A stretch of 63,942 nucleotides of DNA, counting the filler, from Reticulomyxa filosa (lineage: Eukaryota > Protista > Foraminifera), in assembly GCA_000512085.1 (NCBI GenBank). It is 27 parts of 27 records of this genome, joined end to end, with 100 filler letters (N's around TTAATTAATTAA, not from the genome) between each part and the next. Parts side by side here need not be neighbours in the genome. Positions count along the whole stretch, not along the records: positions 1 to 3,547 come from ASPP01003874.1; positions 3,648 to 11,063 come from ASPP01002911.1; positions 11,164 to 13,313 come from ASPP01000437.1; 24 more parts are not named here. The stretch is one strand, 5' to 3'. The position numbers and the translations under genes are program-made. Below, piece after piece: positions 1-13,313 of the stretch. The notes below the pieces were generated by a model that did not search any database, was not told where the DNA came from, and saw only the letters and a program-made list of their open reading frames with translations. Position 1 is the stretch's first letter; every line of letters starts with the position of its first letter.

Positions 1-37
<37 letters not shown>

Positions 38-1875
38 CGATGATGACGAAACAATTGCGCGCGCCAACGAAGAGAAGGAGAAGAGAATGGAAATGGAAAA
101 AGAAGAGAACGAGAAAAAAGACAAGGAGAAAGAGGCCGAGGAAGAAGCAAAGGCGGAGGAAGAGGAAGAGGAAGACTTCAAAACGGAGGAAGAAGCATCG
201 CTCGCTTATGTCGTTTGGCCAAGCCATTGGAAGCAGCACCTATTGAATGTTGGGATTTTCGGGACGATGTGCATTTCCAGAAATCATTTGTATTTGGAAT
301 TCATGAAGCAATCTCTGCGAGCTATACATCCTCATGTTACCACACTCTTTTGTTTGTTCTGAGAGAATGGGAGGGGATCATTATAAAATAGGTGGAGACA
401 ATACACAAATTAAATAAAATAGTGTCGTGAATTATATCGCAACGGACAATGGAAAGAGTATTTGGAGACTTGTGAAATGCAAATGTTGGAGATTTTGGTT
501 GCTTGTGATAAACAAGCGTATGCCAATTTAAAACCTATTTTACCAGTTAGTTAATTTTTGTTATTATTGTTGGATCAAGTCAATACACAACATGAATAAA
601 CAAAATATAGGCCAATCGACATAAAAAACTACCGGACAGTTCTTCGTATACGCAAAAGTTTTTGAGCCATGTGTTATCGGATGTTCGTGTGTTAGAAATG
701 TTGTTGCTGCTTGCGAAGATTTGGCTGCAATGGCCGCTGACCCAAGAGTACGAAGATGAATACGACAAAGAAATGAAAAAGGAAGAAAACAATCGAAAAC
801 ACAAGAGCAAAGGTGCAGCGAGTAAAATCAAAGACAAAGACAAAGGCAAAAAAAAAGATAACAAAAATAAAGTCAAACACAAAAATAAAAGCAAATACAA
901 AAAAGACAAACAATGGATAAAATGGAGTTTGGATTTGCTGAAGATTTTAATTGAAATTGTTTACATTAGCAAACACACACAACGACTGGAGAAACAATCA
1001 AGTATGTGCAGTGAATATCTTGCTGAATTATGTATGATGAATGCAGATTTACATTTCCAAAATGAAGACTATGATGACTGCTATAAACTTCTTATTCAAG
1101 CATCTGATCTTGTTCCCAATAATCCTTATCCTATTCAATTCTTGCATCTCGTCATCGAAAAAAAAAGACATCATACCAAAATTTTTAAAACAATTCATCG
1201 TAGATTGAACACATAGTTATTTGTTTCTTCTTTTTCTAAAATAAAGTTGCTTCATATTAATGTGTATTATGTTATTAACATAGTATTCATGCAAATGAAA
1301 ACCCAATTAACTATGCTTTAATGGGTGCAAATAATTTGTTAGTTCGAGGTTATTGTGATGATGCATTAGAGTTGTACGAAAAGGCATTGCAATGGTCTGA
1401 AAATCAAAATAAACAAGATTATGTTGTGCGACTGCATTTTCTGATCGGAGTAGCCATGCTTGAACATGCAGTCAAACGCACTACACAAAATCCAAATTTT
1501 TATATGATGAAGGGTATGTGCTATTTCAAAAAATACATGACATTATCAAATTCGAACATTGAAAGTTTATATAATTTTGGGAGAGCATTGCATATGTTAG
1601 GTTTATTTGGTCCTGCAAGCATATATTATAATAGAGTTATTGATATTGTGTATAAAAAATTCCCAAATTCAATATCATCATCAATCAAACAAAATATTAA
1701 GCAAGATAAAGAACATGATAATAAATCTTATAATAATATGTCTAATTGGATTGATAACGAAAGTTCAGATGAAGTCATAATGAGACACTCTGTCTATAAT
1801 TTGTCTAGAATTTATGTAGTTTCTGGAGAGCCACATTTAGCTAATGAACTTTTGCAAAAATATCTTGTTATTTGA
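1..1875 (+). CDS. GTF3C3: RNA polymerase III transcription factor TFIIIC TPR subunit (Tfc4/TFIIIC102), C-terminal part; 5' truncated, spliced
   Basis: GT-AG exons <1..335, 423..545, 611..1215 and 1284..1875 join in frame. The C-terminal TPRs 'ESLYNFGRALHMLGLFGPASIYYNRV' and 'RHSVYNLSRIYVVSGEPHLANELLQKYLVI*' match the characteristic Tfc4/GTF3C3 C-terminus. Confidence 0.8.
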
Positions 1876-2409
1876 TTTATTTTAATACTTTCAAAATGAA
1901 AAATGTTAAATTAATTTTTAATACAATTTCCAGCCATTCAAAACAATTTTTCGTAAAAAAAGATTTGTTGATTTTCAATTATTTCTTAAATAAAAGTGAA
2001 AATATATTTTTTTTATTAAGATTTCTTAAAATAAGAATTTTGATTAACCGAAAATGAAGATGTATAGTACAAGTTAGTACAATAATATACTTATGTACTG
2101 ACTGCTTAAATAACAAATACTATTAACGTTATTTCTGCAGTTCGTAATAGGCATGATGATCTTATGGAGTAGACTTTGTCTGGTACATCTAGTGTCTCGG
2201 TTGATCATATGATCTAAACACACTGCGTTTTTTTCTGATATTTTTTCATTTTTTATTTAAAAATACAAAAATTTGATTAAGAATTTATAAAAAATATTAA
2301 ATATATATTTTTCTAATTATTTATTAAATATCACAATTTCTTATTTTAAGTCAAGTTAAAAAAAAAAAGGTGATAACAAATAAAAGTGATAATTCAACTT
2401 TCATTCTAT

Positions 2410-2606
2410 TGTAGGACAAGTCACTATTACACATGGCTGAACCCTTATTGAACTGAGGAGCTCTCGTTGGGTTAAACTTATCCACCAACTTTTCTTCACT
2501 TTTTGTTTGTTTTCTTCTTACTTATTGAGTTTTCATTTGGTTATTCAATTTACTTTGCTTTACTGAAAGAAACCCGCTCACTTGTAAAAGTGTAAACGTA
2601 TATCCA
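2410..2606 (+). mobile_element. Solo-LTR-like dispersed repeat, copy A (3' end approximate)
   Basis: Begins TGTAGGACAAGTCACTATTA, near-identical to the start of the copy at 59510. Carries the shared core GAGGAGCTCTCGTTGGGTTAAAC, also seen at 26660-26800 and 57774-57912. Confidence 0.55.
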
Positions 2607-3477
2607 GTAAACCAGAAATAATCACAATTTGCTACTAAAATTTTCGTTAGAAACACAAAAAGTTCATATTTTAGGGTTGGCTATTTTTTTTTTGTCGTAA
2701 CTATTACAAAAGAATTTGAAAAAGTATCATTTGTTTTGAAAATGGAAAAACTATAATGGCACTTTTTATTTGTCTTCTCGAATTGAATACTTGTGCACTG
2801 ACTTGAAGGTAGAATAATCACATCTATCAAAGAACAAATGATTCATTGATACACACATATGCACATTACAGAATGATACAATATCATGACAAAAGGTAAT
2901 GGACGAAATTGAAAAGGCTGTTATTTTCATCATATTCAATTGATAGTCCTGTATTTTGATGAAATAACAGCATTTGATAATTTTTTAATTTGTTTTCATC
3001 ATTTCTTAAGATAGTTGTAAAAACCAAATAATTACAAAATAATAAACAAGAAATAGCCAAATAAAAAAATCAACGAAAAAATTTAATAACATTTTTAAAA
3101 GTCCAAACATTTAAAGGCTTTTCAACGAAAAAAAATATAAGCATAAAATGATTGAAATCTTTGAAAAAATTAGGAAAGATGAATAAAAAGCCAAATCATA
3201 TTTAAAACTACATGATCTATAAATATTTTTAAAAATTTGATTAAACGAAAATGTTAAGACAAATCACGGTGAACATAAATAATGTATGGTAAAAAAAAAC
3301 ATAGCATTAAGCATCTTTTGCAGTAATGACTGTTGTAAAAATTTTAAAAAGTAGTTATTGATCAATGTAAACGGAAACAGTACTTTAAAAAATGAATCAA
3401 TGCACTACGTAAAAGTATTTTTGTCAAAGCAAATAAAGGCATTAAAAGGCATTTTAAAAAAAAGCAAAGGAAGGGAA

Positions 3478-3547
3478 AAGCGAAAAAGAAAAAGTGAAAT
3501 AATGCGGCGCCTTAGGCGCCGCCCAATTTCACCTTTTCTTTTTGCTT
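3478..3547. repeat. ~70-bp imperfect palindrome with GC-rich core, at a contig end
   Basis: AAGCGAAAAAGAAAAAGTGAAAT..GCGGCGCC-TTA-GGCGCCGC..ATTTCACCTTTTCTTTTTGCTT; the arms are reverse complements with few mismatches. Confidence 0.85.
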
Positions 3548-3647
3548 NNNNNNNNNNNNNNNNNNNNNNNNNNNNNNNNNNNNNNNNNNNNTTAATTAAT
3601 TAANNNNNNNNNNNNNNNNNNNNNNNNNNNNNNNNNNNNNNNNNNNN
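3548..3647. other. Artificial contig linker (N44-TTAATTAATTAA-N44), first of 26
   Basis: Identical 100-bp spacers, with stops in all six frames, start at 3548, 11064, 13314, 14506, 15686, 17620, 22716, 23962, 26801, 28357, 29695, 32119, 36163, 37767, 38945, 40581, 44294, 47623, 50377, 52122, 53222, 54914, 56925, 58564, 60609 and 62316. Confidence 0.99.
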
Positions 3648-4286
3648 AATAATAATAATAATGATAATTATCATCAATTAACATATGTTGATCAACAAAA
3701 AACTTTATTTGATATTCTCAAATCCACTAAAAAAGATTCCACTCAAATTAATCATTCTGATGGATATCAATCCAATTTGGGAATGTTTCATCAATGGAAT
3801 CAACCTAAACATTTAGGTCATTCCATTACTTTATGTTCTTATACTGCCAATGTTTGATCACACTTTTATCCATGCAAAATCGCAATACATGTATTCCAAT
3901 TCAAAATATTCCCCCTTTTCCCCTAACGGTAAAGACAGTGTGCTGTTTGGATTTTCGAAAGTTTAAAAGTGTTTGAAATGAAATTATGTCAACAAAAAGT
4001 TTGAAATTTAATCAATAATCTAGATTTTAATGAAAAAGAGTTGCTTGAGATTTTTTTTCTCCTTTCCTTACAAAATGCTTTTCACAAACTTAAAAAAGGA
4101 AAAATTACAGAAAGTGCCAAAGATTTCTTGTTTTAACAAATTCTTCCTTCAATTATTTTCTCGCCAAAAAGAACAAAACACAACCTCTGTGTACCGTACA
4201 GACCAAAAACAAACCCATAAACTTGTGACAAAAACTCAAATTACCAAGCCACCTTTTTCCCTGAAAAAGAAAGTAGGAGAATTCTT

Positions 4287-7200
4287 TTATTGACTACTCA
4301 ATAATGTGTCAGTATCTTTGGCATCACTGTCATGACGCTCTGCGGATTTATTATTATCGACAGGTACTGGCCATCCAAGCCATCCATAAACGCGTTCTCG
4401 CCATTTGGGATGCCATGTAACATTCATAGATATACTCAAGATCGATGGCACTAAAGTGGTTCTAATTAAGAAGGTATCGACTAACACGGATGTAACCATA
4501 ATAAATCCTGCTTGGTTTAAGCCAGGAACAGTGGACAAAAATAATCCTGAAAATGCTGCAGCCATAATTAAACCAGCAGCAGTAATAATCGAACCAGTCT
4601 TGAATACACCACGGACAATAGCTGGGCGCAGAGGAACTCCATGTTTCATGTATTCATCAATTCTGGACCATAAGAATATATCGTAGTCCAAAGCCAACCC
4701 GAAGAGCAATGTGATTGTCATCAATGGAATAATCCAAGAGATACCATCAGTATCGCTCACACTCTTTGAATTAAACCATGAAAGCCAGCTGTATTGATAT
4801 ACCAATACTGCCAGACCATAAATCATAAACATTGGCATGGCTATCGTCAAGAATAATCGCAAAGGCAAGAATTTGTTCTTCCAAATAATTCCTGCAATAA
4901 TGAATATGATAATCATAGTTACCAACAAAATGTACGGGAATGTTGTATACAAGTCATGGATAGCGTCAATGGTTTCTACGGTATTACTGTAGTAATAACA
5001 TCTATATCCACGGCTTTTTAACATGTGTTTGCACGTTGGGTTGATAGCATCACGCATTCGGTTGACTATTCGTTTGCAATTCATACCGTTAGGATCATCG
5101 TGAGTCAACATAACAAAATATGCTTCAGCGTTATTTTTGCCAACATAGCCATCAACCAAAGCGTGATACAAACTACTTTTTTTAACATAAGTGTTGTATG
5201 TACTTTGTGCAGAGGAATTTCCGCTCAAATACTTTCCACCCATCATTGAAACACCACTCACATGATCAACTTGACCGACAGTGTCAGTAAGTTGTCGCGT
5301 AATTTCTTTGAAATAGTTTGCCGTGTCATTAATATAGGAATAATTGAATACTGTTACTCCTGGTGGAGCACGGATCAACAAATACATTGGGCCAATGAAA
5401 CCGGCGCTAAAGTGATCTTGGATATGTCCAAATGTTTTCCAATGTGTCGAATCTCGCGGCACTTCCAAGGTTTGGGCATAGCTAATTTCAATTTGCCCTG
5501 TCATCACTGTGATCGGCAAGATTAGCGCATACACGACCGCAATGATCAACAGTGAACATGGGAATAAAGTGGTCCAAGTACCGCACACAAACCAGCACCG
5601 TTGGAATGCGTTCGCTTCATCATCAGGTGTTATCTCAAAAGGACGGAATGGATCGTCATTATTAACAATAAAGTCCATATACTTGCTTTGAGAAGCTGAT
5701 ACAGCGCCATCTTTTTCTGCTTTTTGAGGCTCAATGCCTTTCTCTGTATCTTCGGCACCAACTAATGATGCTTCTGGTTCTTCTTTTTCCTCTTTTTCTT
5801 TAGCTAATAATCCTTTGGTTTGGTTAGTTCCATAATCTCCTCCGTTTGATTCGTTCGCTGTTTCTTCTGTTATTTGTGTTATGAAAGAGGGGGAGAAGGA
5901 GGTGTAAGAGGAGGAGAAAAAAAAAGAACGTACAGACAAAAGCTAACGATAAACGTAACCAACCTTGGGGTTGTACATCAGAATCATCAATAATAGTTGT
6001 TCGACGACAGTTAAACCCAAACTGTGTGAAAAAGCTTGGGAAAAGCAAAAGGATGGAAGGTGTCAGGGTTAAATTGATGGAAATAGCACAGCCGACGGTG
6101 ATAGCTGTTCCCATACCATACGATTGCAAAAACTCGACGGAGCAGAAGATGTAACCCATCAAAGACAATGCCAAGATGAATCCACTAACCAATACAACTT
6201 CTCCACTCCATCGGATCGTTTTTCGAAGCGCCTCATACACTTCCGACATTCGCAGCGTCTCTCTTTCGTCACCAATTTCCTCACGGAATCGAACCAACAT
6301 GAACAAGTTGTAATCAATGCACATGGCCAGCGCAATACTCGTCATCAACGTGGGAGTCATAGTGGAGACTGTCACTATTTCGGTAAACGGCAGAAGTAAC
6401 ATAAATGCTATGTTGACACAAATGACCATGGCCACAATCGGGATCAACGTCAGGCGCCAGCTTCCAATCGTGTATCCAAAGATTAGCAAAATCAATGGGA
6501 CCAAATACAAATGACTTTCAATGGTTTTTTTGCTTTCTTCCTGCATGTCGTTCCACAGCGCAATTTCTCCAGTGTACTTTGTGACAACAAGGTTGCTGCT
6601 GTCTTTGTTAAAATCCTGCTCAATGTCGTCCAACCAGTTCAACAGCGTGTGTCTTTGAGAATCGTCAATGTCATCTTTGTGCTGAATTATTGATATTGCC
6701 GAAAGCCCATCTTGACTGATAAGTGAATCCTTCACGCTTTGTGCGCAGCTTGCATTTTCTTGTTGAACGCCCGTGGAACCAAGTAGCGCTTCATCGTTAG
6801 CGGAATAGGCAGAACAAATCTTTATAAAAAAAACCCAAGGGGAAAAAGGGACAAACAGATTTAACTTAAAATTTTTAAACAAGTAAACTTAAAAAAAGTA
6901 GAATCTCATGATGTATACACATTTAGTTTGCAAAAAAAAAAAAAAGGGCTTTTTTTTAAAAACGTATACTTTTTTTTTTTGACGTTTGCACAGAAAAGCT
7001 TAACACTCAAAGAAGTGTAATAATCCGTAAAGTTGTAAAACTGCCCATGGTGATCTTGGCTATACTGTTTGTATTTTCCATATAACTTTTCTTGGAGACA
7101 TTTATAATTACACTTGCCATCGCCAGTTGCGTTATAAATGGTCGCGCTTCCATTCAAACACGATGAGGATATGCACTGCGAAAAAAGCAATACGTAGTTT

Positions 7201-7508
7201 GATCCGACCAAAATTTTAAAACTTTTTTCCATTTTCCCTTTTGCGATATAACTGTCACTGGATTCAGGCGAATTGATCGTCAATTGTGTTTGCTGCAACA
7301 ACAATGGTGCAAAAAACAAACCTAGCACTAACACCAAAACCCATGTGCTAATGATGCAGTACTTCGCCCAAGGCTGTATCAAGCATTTGAAAAAAAGTTT
7401 GAACGGCTTTGGATCACTTGTCGCACTGAGTTCGTCTTCCAATTCTTCTTCCACTGGGTCCTCTTGATTGACCAAGTGATGGGTTGTATGTTGAAAATCC
7501 AAGCTCAT
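4287..7508 (-). CDS. MMPL/RND-superfamily membrane transporter (two MMPL halves), spliced
   Basis: ORFs 6906..7508, 5824..6882 and 4287..5939 join through GT-AG introns 7004..6820 and 5963..5867 (~980 aa). Twin MmpL TM motifs 'IALAMCIDYNLFMLVRFREE' and 'LLFGLALDYDIFLWSRIDE', plus 'GSIITAAGLIMAAAFSGL' and 'VLVDTFLIRTTLVPS'. Confidence 0.88.
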
Positions 7509-8738
7509 TAGTGGCTATCAACAAAACGCTCGTTAAAGTGAAGGAAGAAGGAAAACACTCAAGAAAACTGGAAGTTCAATACTTTTTTGTTTGCTGAAGA
7601 CGCTTTTCAGTGCCGTCCAGTAAGGAAGTGCTCTACATTGATTATACAAATTTTTTTTTTTCAGTATTTTTTAAAAATGTTAAATTCGATAATCGAAGAT
7701 TTGCGTGTTGAAAGGTTTTTGTTGAAAATAAGTGAAAGAATGTGTATGACATACAAAAAACCCGTCAATCTATATTTTATCTTGTGATTAAATAAGGTTA
7801 TTTTATTATAGTCATCTAATTAGAAATTATGTTGTCGTTATCTGGTCAGTCTTGAGTAGCCGCCTATAAAAAATGCACGGAAAAAGAAGCGTCAGTACAT
7901 GAGGAGCAAAATTAAATTAGCACGACCAAGAAATGACGAAAAGATTCTTGCCCTATCAACTATGCAGTTGTCTTAAGCACTCATTGAGTATTCACATTGT
8001 TCGCTACACTTTTGGACGGTTGGCTGTTCACTATGGAAGAGGCAAGAGAAAAAAAAGAAGAAGAAGTAAGCACCGACTTATTATGAATGAAGAAAGTAAC
8101 ATCTCCAGCAAAAGAATTTACAATCGTCCAAAAAAAAGAATAAGGCAAAAAAAAAGAAAAAAGGGGAGGGGAAAAAATGTGAAAAGTAAGGAGAGCGCAG
8201 GACAAGAGAAAATAACAAGAACAAACACGAAATAAATGTGAGCTACTTTTTATTCCGCTCAGAAGGAAAGGGGAAAAAATAGCAAATGTCCATTGGCAAC
8301 TAAAATTTTGTGCGAACTTTGTTATGATGTTGACTATTGCATTGTTCAATTATCGTCTCCGTAAAGCAAGCACAAAATTATTAACATAATCAACACCTCT
8401 AAATCGCCTCTCCCTCCAAAAAATTTTAAAAAAAATTGAAAAGAAAAGAAACCAAAACAAAAGACAAAAGTAACAAACCCATAAAACAAAGAAAACACAG
8501 CCACAAACAACAACACATAAGATTTCGTCTTTCCCGTTGTCATTATTTAGATGGTTTGATTAAGTACAAGTGCCTTAGTGTTGTTGCAATAAAAAAAAAT
8601 GCCTCATTGGCATTGACTAAGAAAGGGATAGTTTTTTTGTGTTAACAATGTCACTAATTTTTAGACTGACTATTGTTGTTGTGTTTTGTTGTTTTTTTTT
8701 ACTTTTTGTTTGCCGGTTTTGGCTCGAGTTTGTGGTAA

Positions 8739-9338
8739 TTATTGTATAAGGCAGCAATTACATGGTCGATCATTTTCAGAAGGCTCACCTTCACTAAAAG
8801 ATTGTGTCCTGGATGGGTCCCAATGAGGAACTGTGTGTACGGTCACTCTTTCATCAAAATGAACATTGACAATTTTCCCACTTTGCGTTCTTCCGATTGT
8901 TTTTGGGTTGTCTGGACTTGCTATGCAACTACCACTTGAATTTGCTACATTTGCATTATTGCTATTGTTATTCTCCCCAGCTGTTCATACAACCAAAATC
9001 GCATGTTGTTTTTTTTTTATTTTTTTTTTTTTTTTTAAGTAGATTCGTTTCAAAACTTTTCACGAATAAACAACAAAAAAAAAAACAGTGAGATGACATG
9101 AATACGTACCCCCACACTCAGGTGGGGGAAGACACCAAATAAAAAAAATTCTCTTTCTTGGCTGGCACATGCCACTTGCTTTTTTTTAAATTTAAGGTAA
9201 AAAAAAAAAGGGGGCTTTTTTTAACAAACATTGACTACTTCTCCCAGGTGTTGACAACTGAATGGTCCCGGCAGTACTGGTGACGTTATCGTTCTCTTTT
9301 GTGGTTTCTTGACTGTTCGTTTGGTTTGGTTCAGACAT
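8739..9338 (-). CDS. Small (139 aa) three-exon protein with PP1-docking-like motif and C-terminal CaaX box; not in the ORF track
   Basis: Exons 9338..9230, 9178..9110 and 8980..8739, all GT-AG and phase 1, give an open frame: MSEPNQTNSQ...RKRIFFIW...KIVNVHFDERVTVHTVPHW...PCNCCLIQ*. Confidence 0.7.
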
Positions 9339-10147
9339 TGTGGCTTAATTGATCGAATATCACTAACTTCCAACTGCGTTAAGTTGAAAGACACCAAACA
9401 AAGAGGGGATGGAGAGGAAAAACCACAACAAAAGAAACAACAAGGTTCAGATCATTGGAAAGTGTGCATATAACTTTTTCTTTGAATCCAATGGGTCTGG
9501 ATCAATTACAGCATATCTAATCACAAATGTGAACTTTGGGTTCTATATTGGTATATTTGCCTTTTTGTTTTTTCTGTCCAATCATAAAATCTATTTTAGT
9601 GGAAAGACAGTAATTTATGGGTATATACTATAATTACGCTTTTTTCTTAATTTTTGTCGTCTTGTTTTTTAAAGCAATCTTAAAACTTCTTAGTTTTTGC
9701 GTATAATAAAGCAAATTAAAAAAGTTAACCACTTTGGGATTGCAAATAATATTAGAAAATTATAACATCTCAAAGAACAATTTCCTTAAATATACGATTG
9801 CTTATGCCACCATTTGTTCATTACAAGAATAAACACAACCGTATACATATTAGTGAAAGAAAAAACAGTACCTCTTTCAGTAAACACGTGCTTAAAAGTA
9901 ACTTGCTTGTTTGAAAAAGGAGTTATTTGCAAAAGACAAAAAACGAGAGAAAATTGCCAACATGAAGCGAGGAATCCAACCCCCAACAGTCCGCATTCAT
10001 CAGCCAATAGTAAGATTGGTTAGTTTATTTGAACAAAACAATCAAATGGACCTTCTCTTTCTCTCTGCTCCTCTTTACTCTGTCTAAAAAGAGCACATAT
10101 AATCAATACCCTCAAAGAACGCTCCAGAAAAACCAAATGGTGAGGAG

Positions 10148-11024
10148 ATGATTGGAGATAGTATGACAAATGTGCGCAAACTGACAATGGAAAATCAAGA
10201 GAACAGACCTCCGTTCAATGAAGCAGGAAATCAACTGAGTGTTTCTGAAAACGCGAAGGAAATAAACACTTCGGACTCTTTGTTGAAGGTTAAGAGCAAC
10301 CCCAATTGTCAAATTGACATCAACATGTTCCAGCAGCTGGACAGTAGGCAAGTAGAAAATGCACAGTTGAGTGCGACTTGCAATGAATTGAAAGAAAAAT
10401 TGGAGCTGTATAATAAGGAAACTGAAGCTAAAGGTGTGGAGATTGTGACATTGAACGATCAAATAAAAAGTCTACAAAATGAACTGAGCAATCTTCATCT
10501 GCTCAAAGAAAAGGAGTCAAAAGAACTGAATACTGCCGTTCAAACTCTTACTGACAATGTTAATGAATTTTTTTTTATTATTATTTGATTTTTTTTTAAA
10601 TGCGTGCCTTCTTGCCCAAAAAAAAAAAAAAACAAAAAAATTACAAAATTTTTTTTGGTCGGATTTTTGTTCTTTTTTTTGTCTATGTAAGCAAAAATAT
10701 TGCCAACAAGAAAAATGAGAGATAGCTTTCACGTTTTCAATGTTTATTTGTAATGTATATCTTGTGTATGAGCAAATATATACACATATATGTTTAATTT
10801 TTTTGGAAAAATATTTTGAAAACTGTCTAGCAAGTGCGACTGACAAAAGATAACGACAAGTTAAAAGAAGAAGTTGAACAATTGAAGACAGAAAATATTC
10901 GACAGTTTAAAAATAATGAGTCGGAAACACAGCTAGCAAAAATTGAACTGGCAGAGTTGAAAGAACATGCAGTAACTTTGCAAGAGGAAAATAGTAAAAT
11001 TCAATTTCAAGTTTTGACACTCTT

Positions 11025-11063
<39 letters not shown>
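10148..11063 (+). CDS. Coiled-coil protein of unknown function (spliced, 3' truncated; true start may be upstream)
   Basis: ORFs 10148..10588 and 10834..11115 are E/K/N/L heptad-rich and are separated by an AT-rich intron-like stretch. Confidence 0.55.
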
Positions 11064-12760
11064 NNNNNNNNNNNNNNNNNNNNNNNNNNNNNNNNNNNNN
11101 NNNNNNNTTAATTAATTAANNNNNNNNNNNNNNNNNNNNNNNNNNNNNNNNNNNNNNNNNNNNATTTAAAAACTACAAGACTTGTAGATATTTTTAAAAA
11201 AAATTATCTTTAAATGTTTGTTTTTCATTAAGAAAATCTATCATCTTCATAAGGTGGCATTTTAGGTGTTCAGTTTTTTTTGCAACATACTGTATATTCA
11301 CTATCATTTTCTTTAATTACGTATAATTCTTTATTATTTGATTAAATATTCTAAAATTAAATTGTGTTATACCATTCCAGAACATATCAATTTTGAAATA
11401 TTATTAATTTTAATATTATCTACAACAAATGTTGAATAATATAACACTTAAATGAGTTAAGTCAATTGAACACTTGAATTTGCTTATCAGACTGTATCCA
11501 CAACTAACAGTATTTTCACAACAACTAATTATTAATTCACTTGATCAATATTTTACAATTATCGCCGAATTATAATATCTTTTGAATAAAGTCAATTGTT
11601 TAGCTATTTCAAAATCAATATACGAATAGTTTTAATCAGGTTCAGAACATTCTATATCAAGTACAACTAATTAAATTATATTATCAATTTTATTTTTGTT
11701 GTTGTAATTGCATTGCAATAGTGAAATATTAATATTACGTACAATATCTTCATGTCAATTAAAAATACGCAATAATAATTTGAAACAAGCTTGTAGGTAT
11801 CTTTGAAAAATAAATTTGATTTGCACTATTATTACCGAATATTTTCACTTTGTCATTCATTTTGTGATTCATAAAAAAATTGTAAAGAGAATATTATTTA
11901 AATTGTTTTAAAATGATATTGGTTTAGTTTTGATTATACAAAAATGGCTGTTGAATGGTTTATGTAAAATTGTGCAAGTATGCTTAAAAATATATTCTAA
12001 CCCCAAAAACTAAAAACTACTACGTGCTCAATTGTAACCACCTGAGGATCTAAAAAAAATTTAAAAAATTACAAGCACCAGAAAAACAATAAAAGAAATG
12101 ATGTTGCTCATTCTAAAATGGAACATCACAAGAAATAACGGAAAAGAAAGTGGAAAAACCGGAGAGAGCGCATGCCACTTTAACTTAGAAGAACATTGCC
12201 ACACTTGTGTTTCTCTGCCAGTCTTTCCTTTTCTACACATTAAAAGTTTCAAGAGCAAAAGAGTAACTGAATCATACTACCTTTTTAATGTTTTTTTTTC
12301 TCGCAAATTTAATTTCACAAAAGATTTTTTTTAACAGTTAGTCATAAAAGAAGAAGCAGCTCAAAATTTTTTGAATCTCAAACTAAGAAAAAAAAATATC
12401 ATTTACAGTCGCTTGCATCCGAAGCTTGTTACAGCGCAAGAGGTCCAGGCCACAGAGCCTGTGTCCGAGTGGACACAGCACAGGAAGTCCACAGAAGAGA
12501 TGCCGTTTCCTCAAGTCTGTAGTTCACCCCTGACAACACACTCGATACATACCTGAACACTACTTTTGAGGTATTTGTTAACTCTACTATTGCATTGTCT
12601 GGTTACCTGAAATAAAATCTCATGTATCACACTTTTATTTTTAAAATTTCAATTTTTTAAGAGCCAGTCAAAAAAAATTCGAACAAGACAACACTTTCGA
12701 AGATGTTCTGGCTCTGATTCGCTTGAAATTTAAAGAAGTGCGTTGCGAGATTTATGAAAA

Positions 12761-13313
12761 TCATAATAATAAGAGAATAGATCGAAGAACCAGTAACAGA
12801 AGAGTATGTGTCAAAGGTGGAACCAAGTCCATTGCATCCACTATGCAAAGTAACATTTCCAATGTTGCTATTGAAATTGAGTCCTGCGCCTGTGATTTTG
12901 TCGAGGAGAGCAAGTGAATCGGATTTTCAAAGGCATAGCAACAGCACAGTTTCAAAGATTGATGCTTATTGGTGCTTTCCAAAATATTGCGATTGACATT
13001 CAATTCGTGCACTCGCATGCTCACCGCACTTTGTGAGCTGTTGTAGTCTTTATACGTAATTAGGCAATTGGAGTTTTTCAAGTATGTCGAGTTGGTCATG
13101 TCAATGTCATGGATTTCCCCAAATCGACTAAAGTATTCAATCAATTCGTGCTATGTTGTAAAGTTCAATGCGCTATTTGAAATTGATTGATTGCTATTAT
13201 TGCTATTGCTATTGTTACTGTTCGTGTTATTGTTATTTCCGACAATGCTGTTGTTGCTGCCACCGATACCGCTCATGATGCTATCTTCGCTATTTTGGTA
13301 TGTCGCACGAATG
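12761..13313 (-). CDS. RRM-domain RNA-binding protein fragment (5' truncated)
   Basis: 'ELIEYFSRFGEIHDIDM...CLITYKDYNSSQSAVSM' is an RRM helix1-RNP1-helix2 pattern. An in-frame TAG at 13153..13151 is either a 3' splice site or a lesion. Confidence 0.6.

Noticed and set aside
1-246. Poly-Met / basic ORF 1..246, and similar MTMTM or IIIIV ORFs at 27767-28235 and 47675-48608
   Set aside because: These are alternative-frame or antisense shadows of GAT/GAC/AAT microsatellites inside real genes.
13151-13153. In-frame TAG (and TAA at 51942) as evidence for stop-codon reassignment
   Set aside because: TAA, TAG and TGA all terminate conserved genes normally in this window (NSA2 TAA, TCF25 TAG, GTF3C3 TGA). 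Isolated cases are better explained by splicing, decay or sequencing error.
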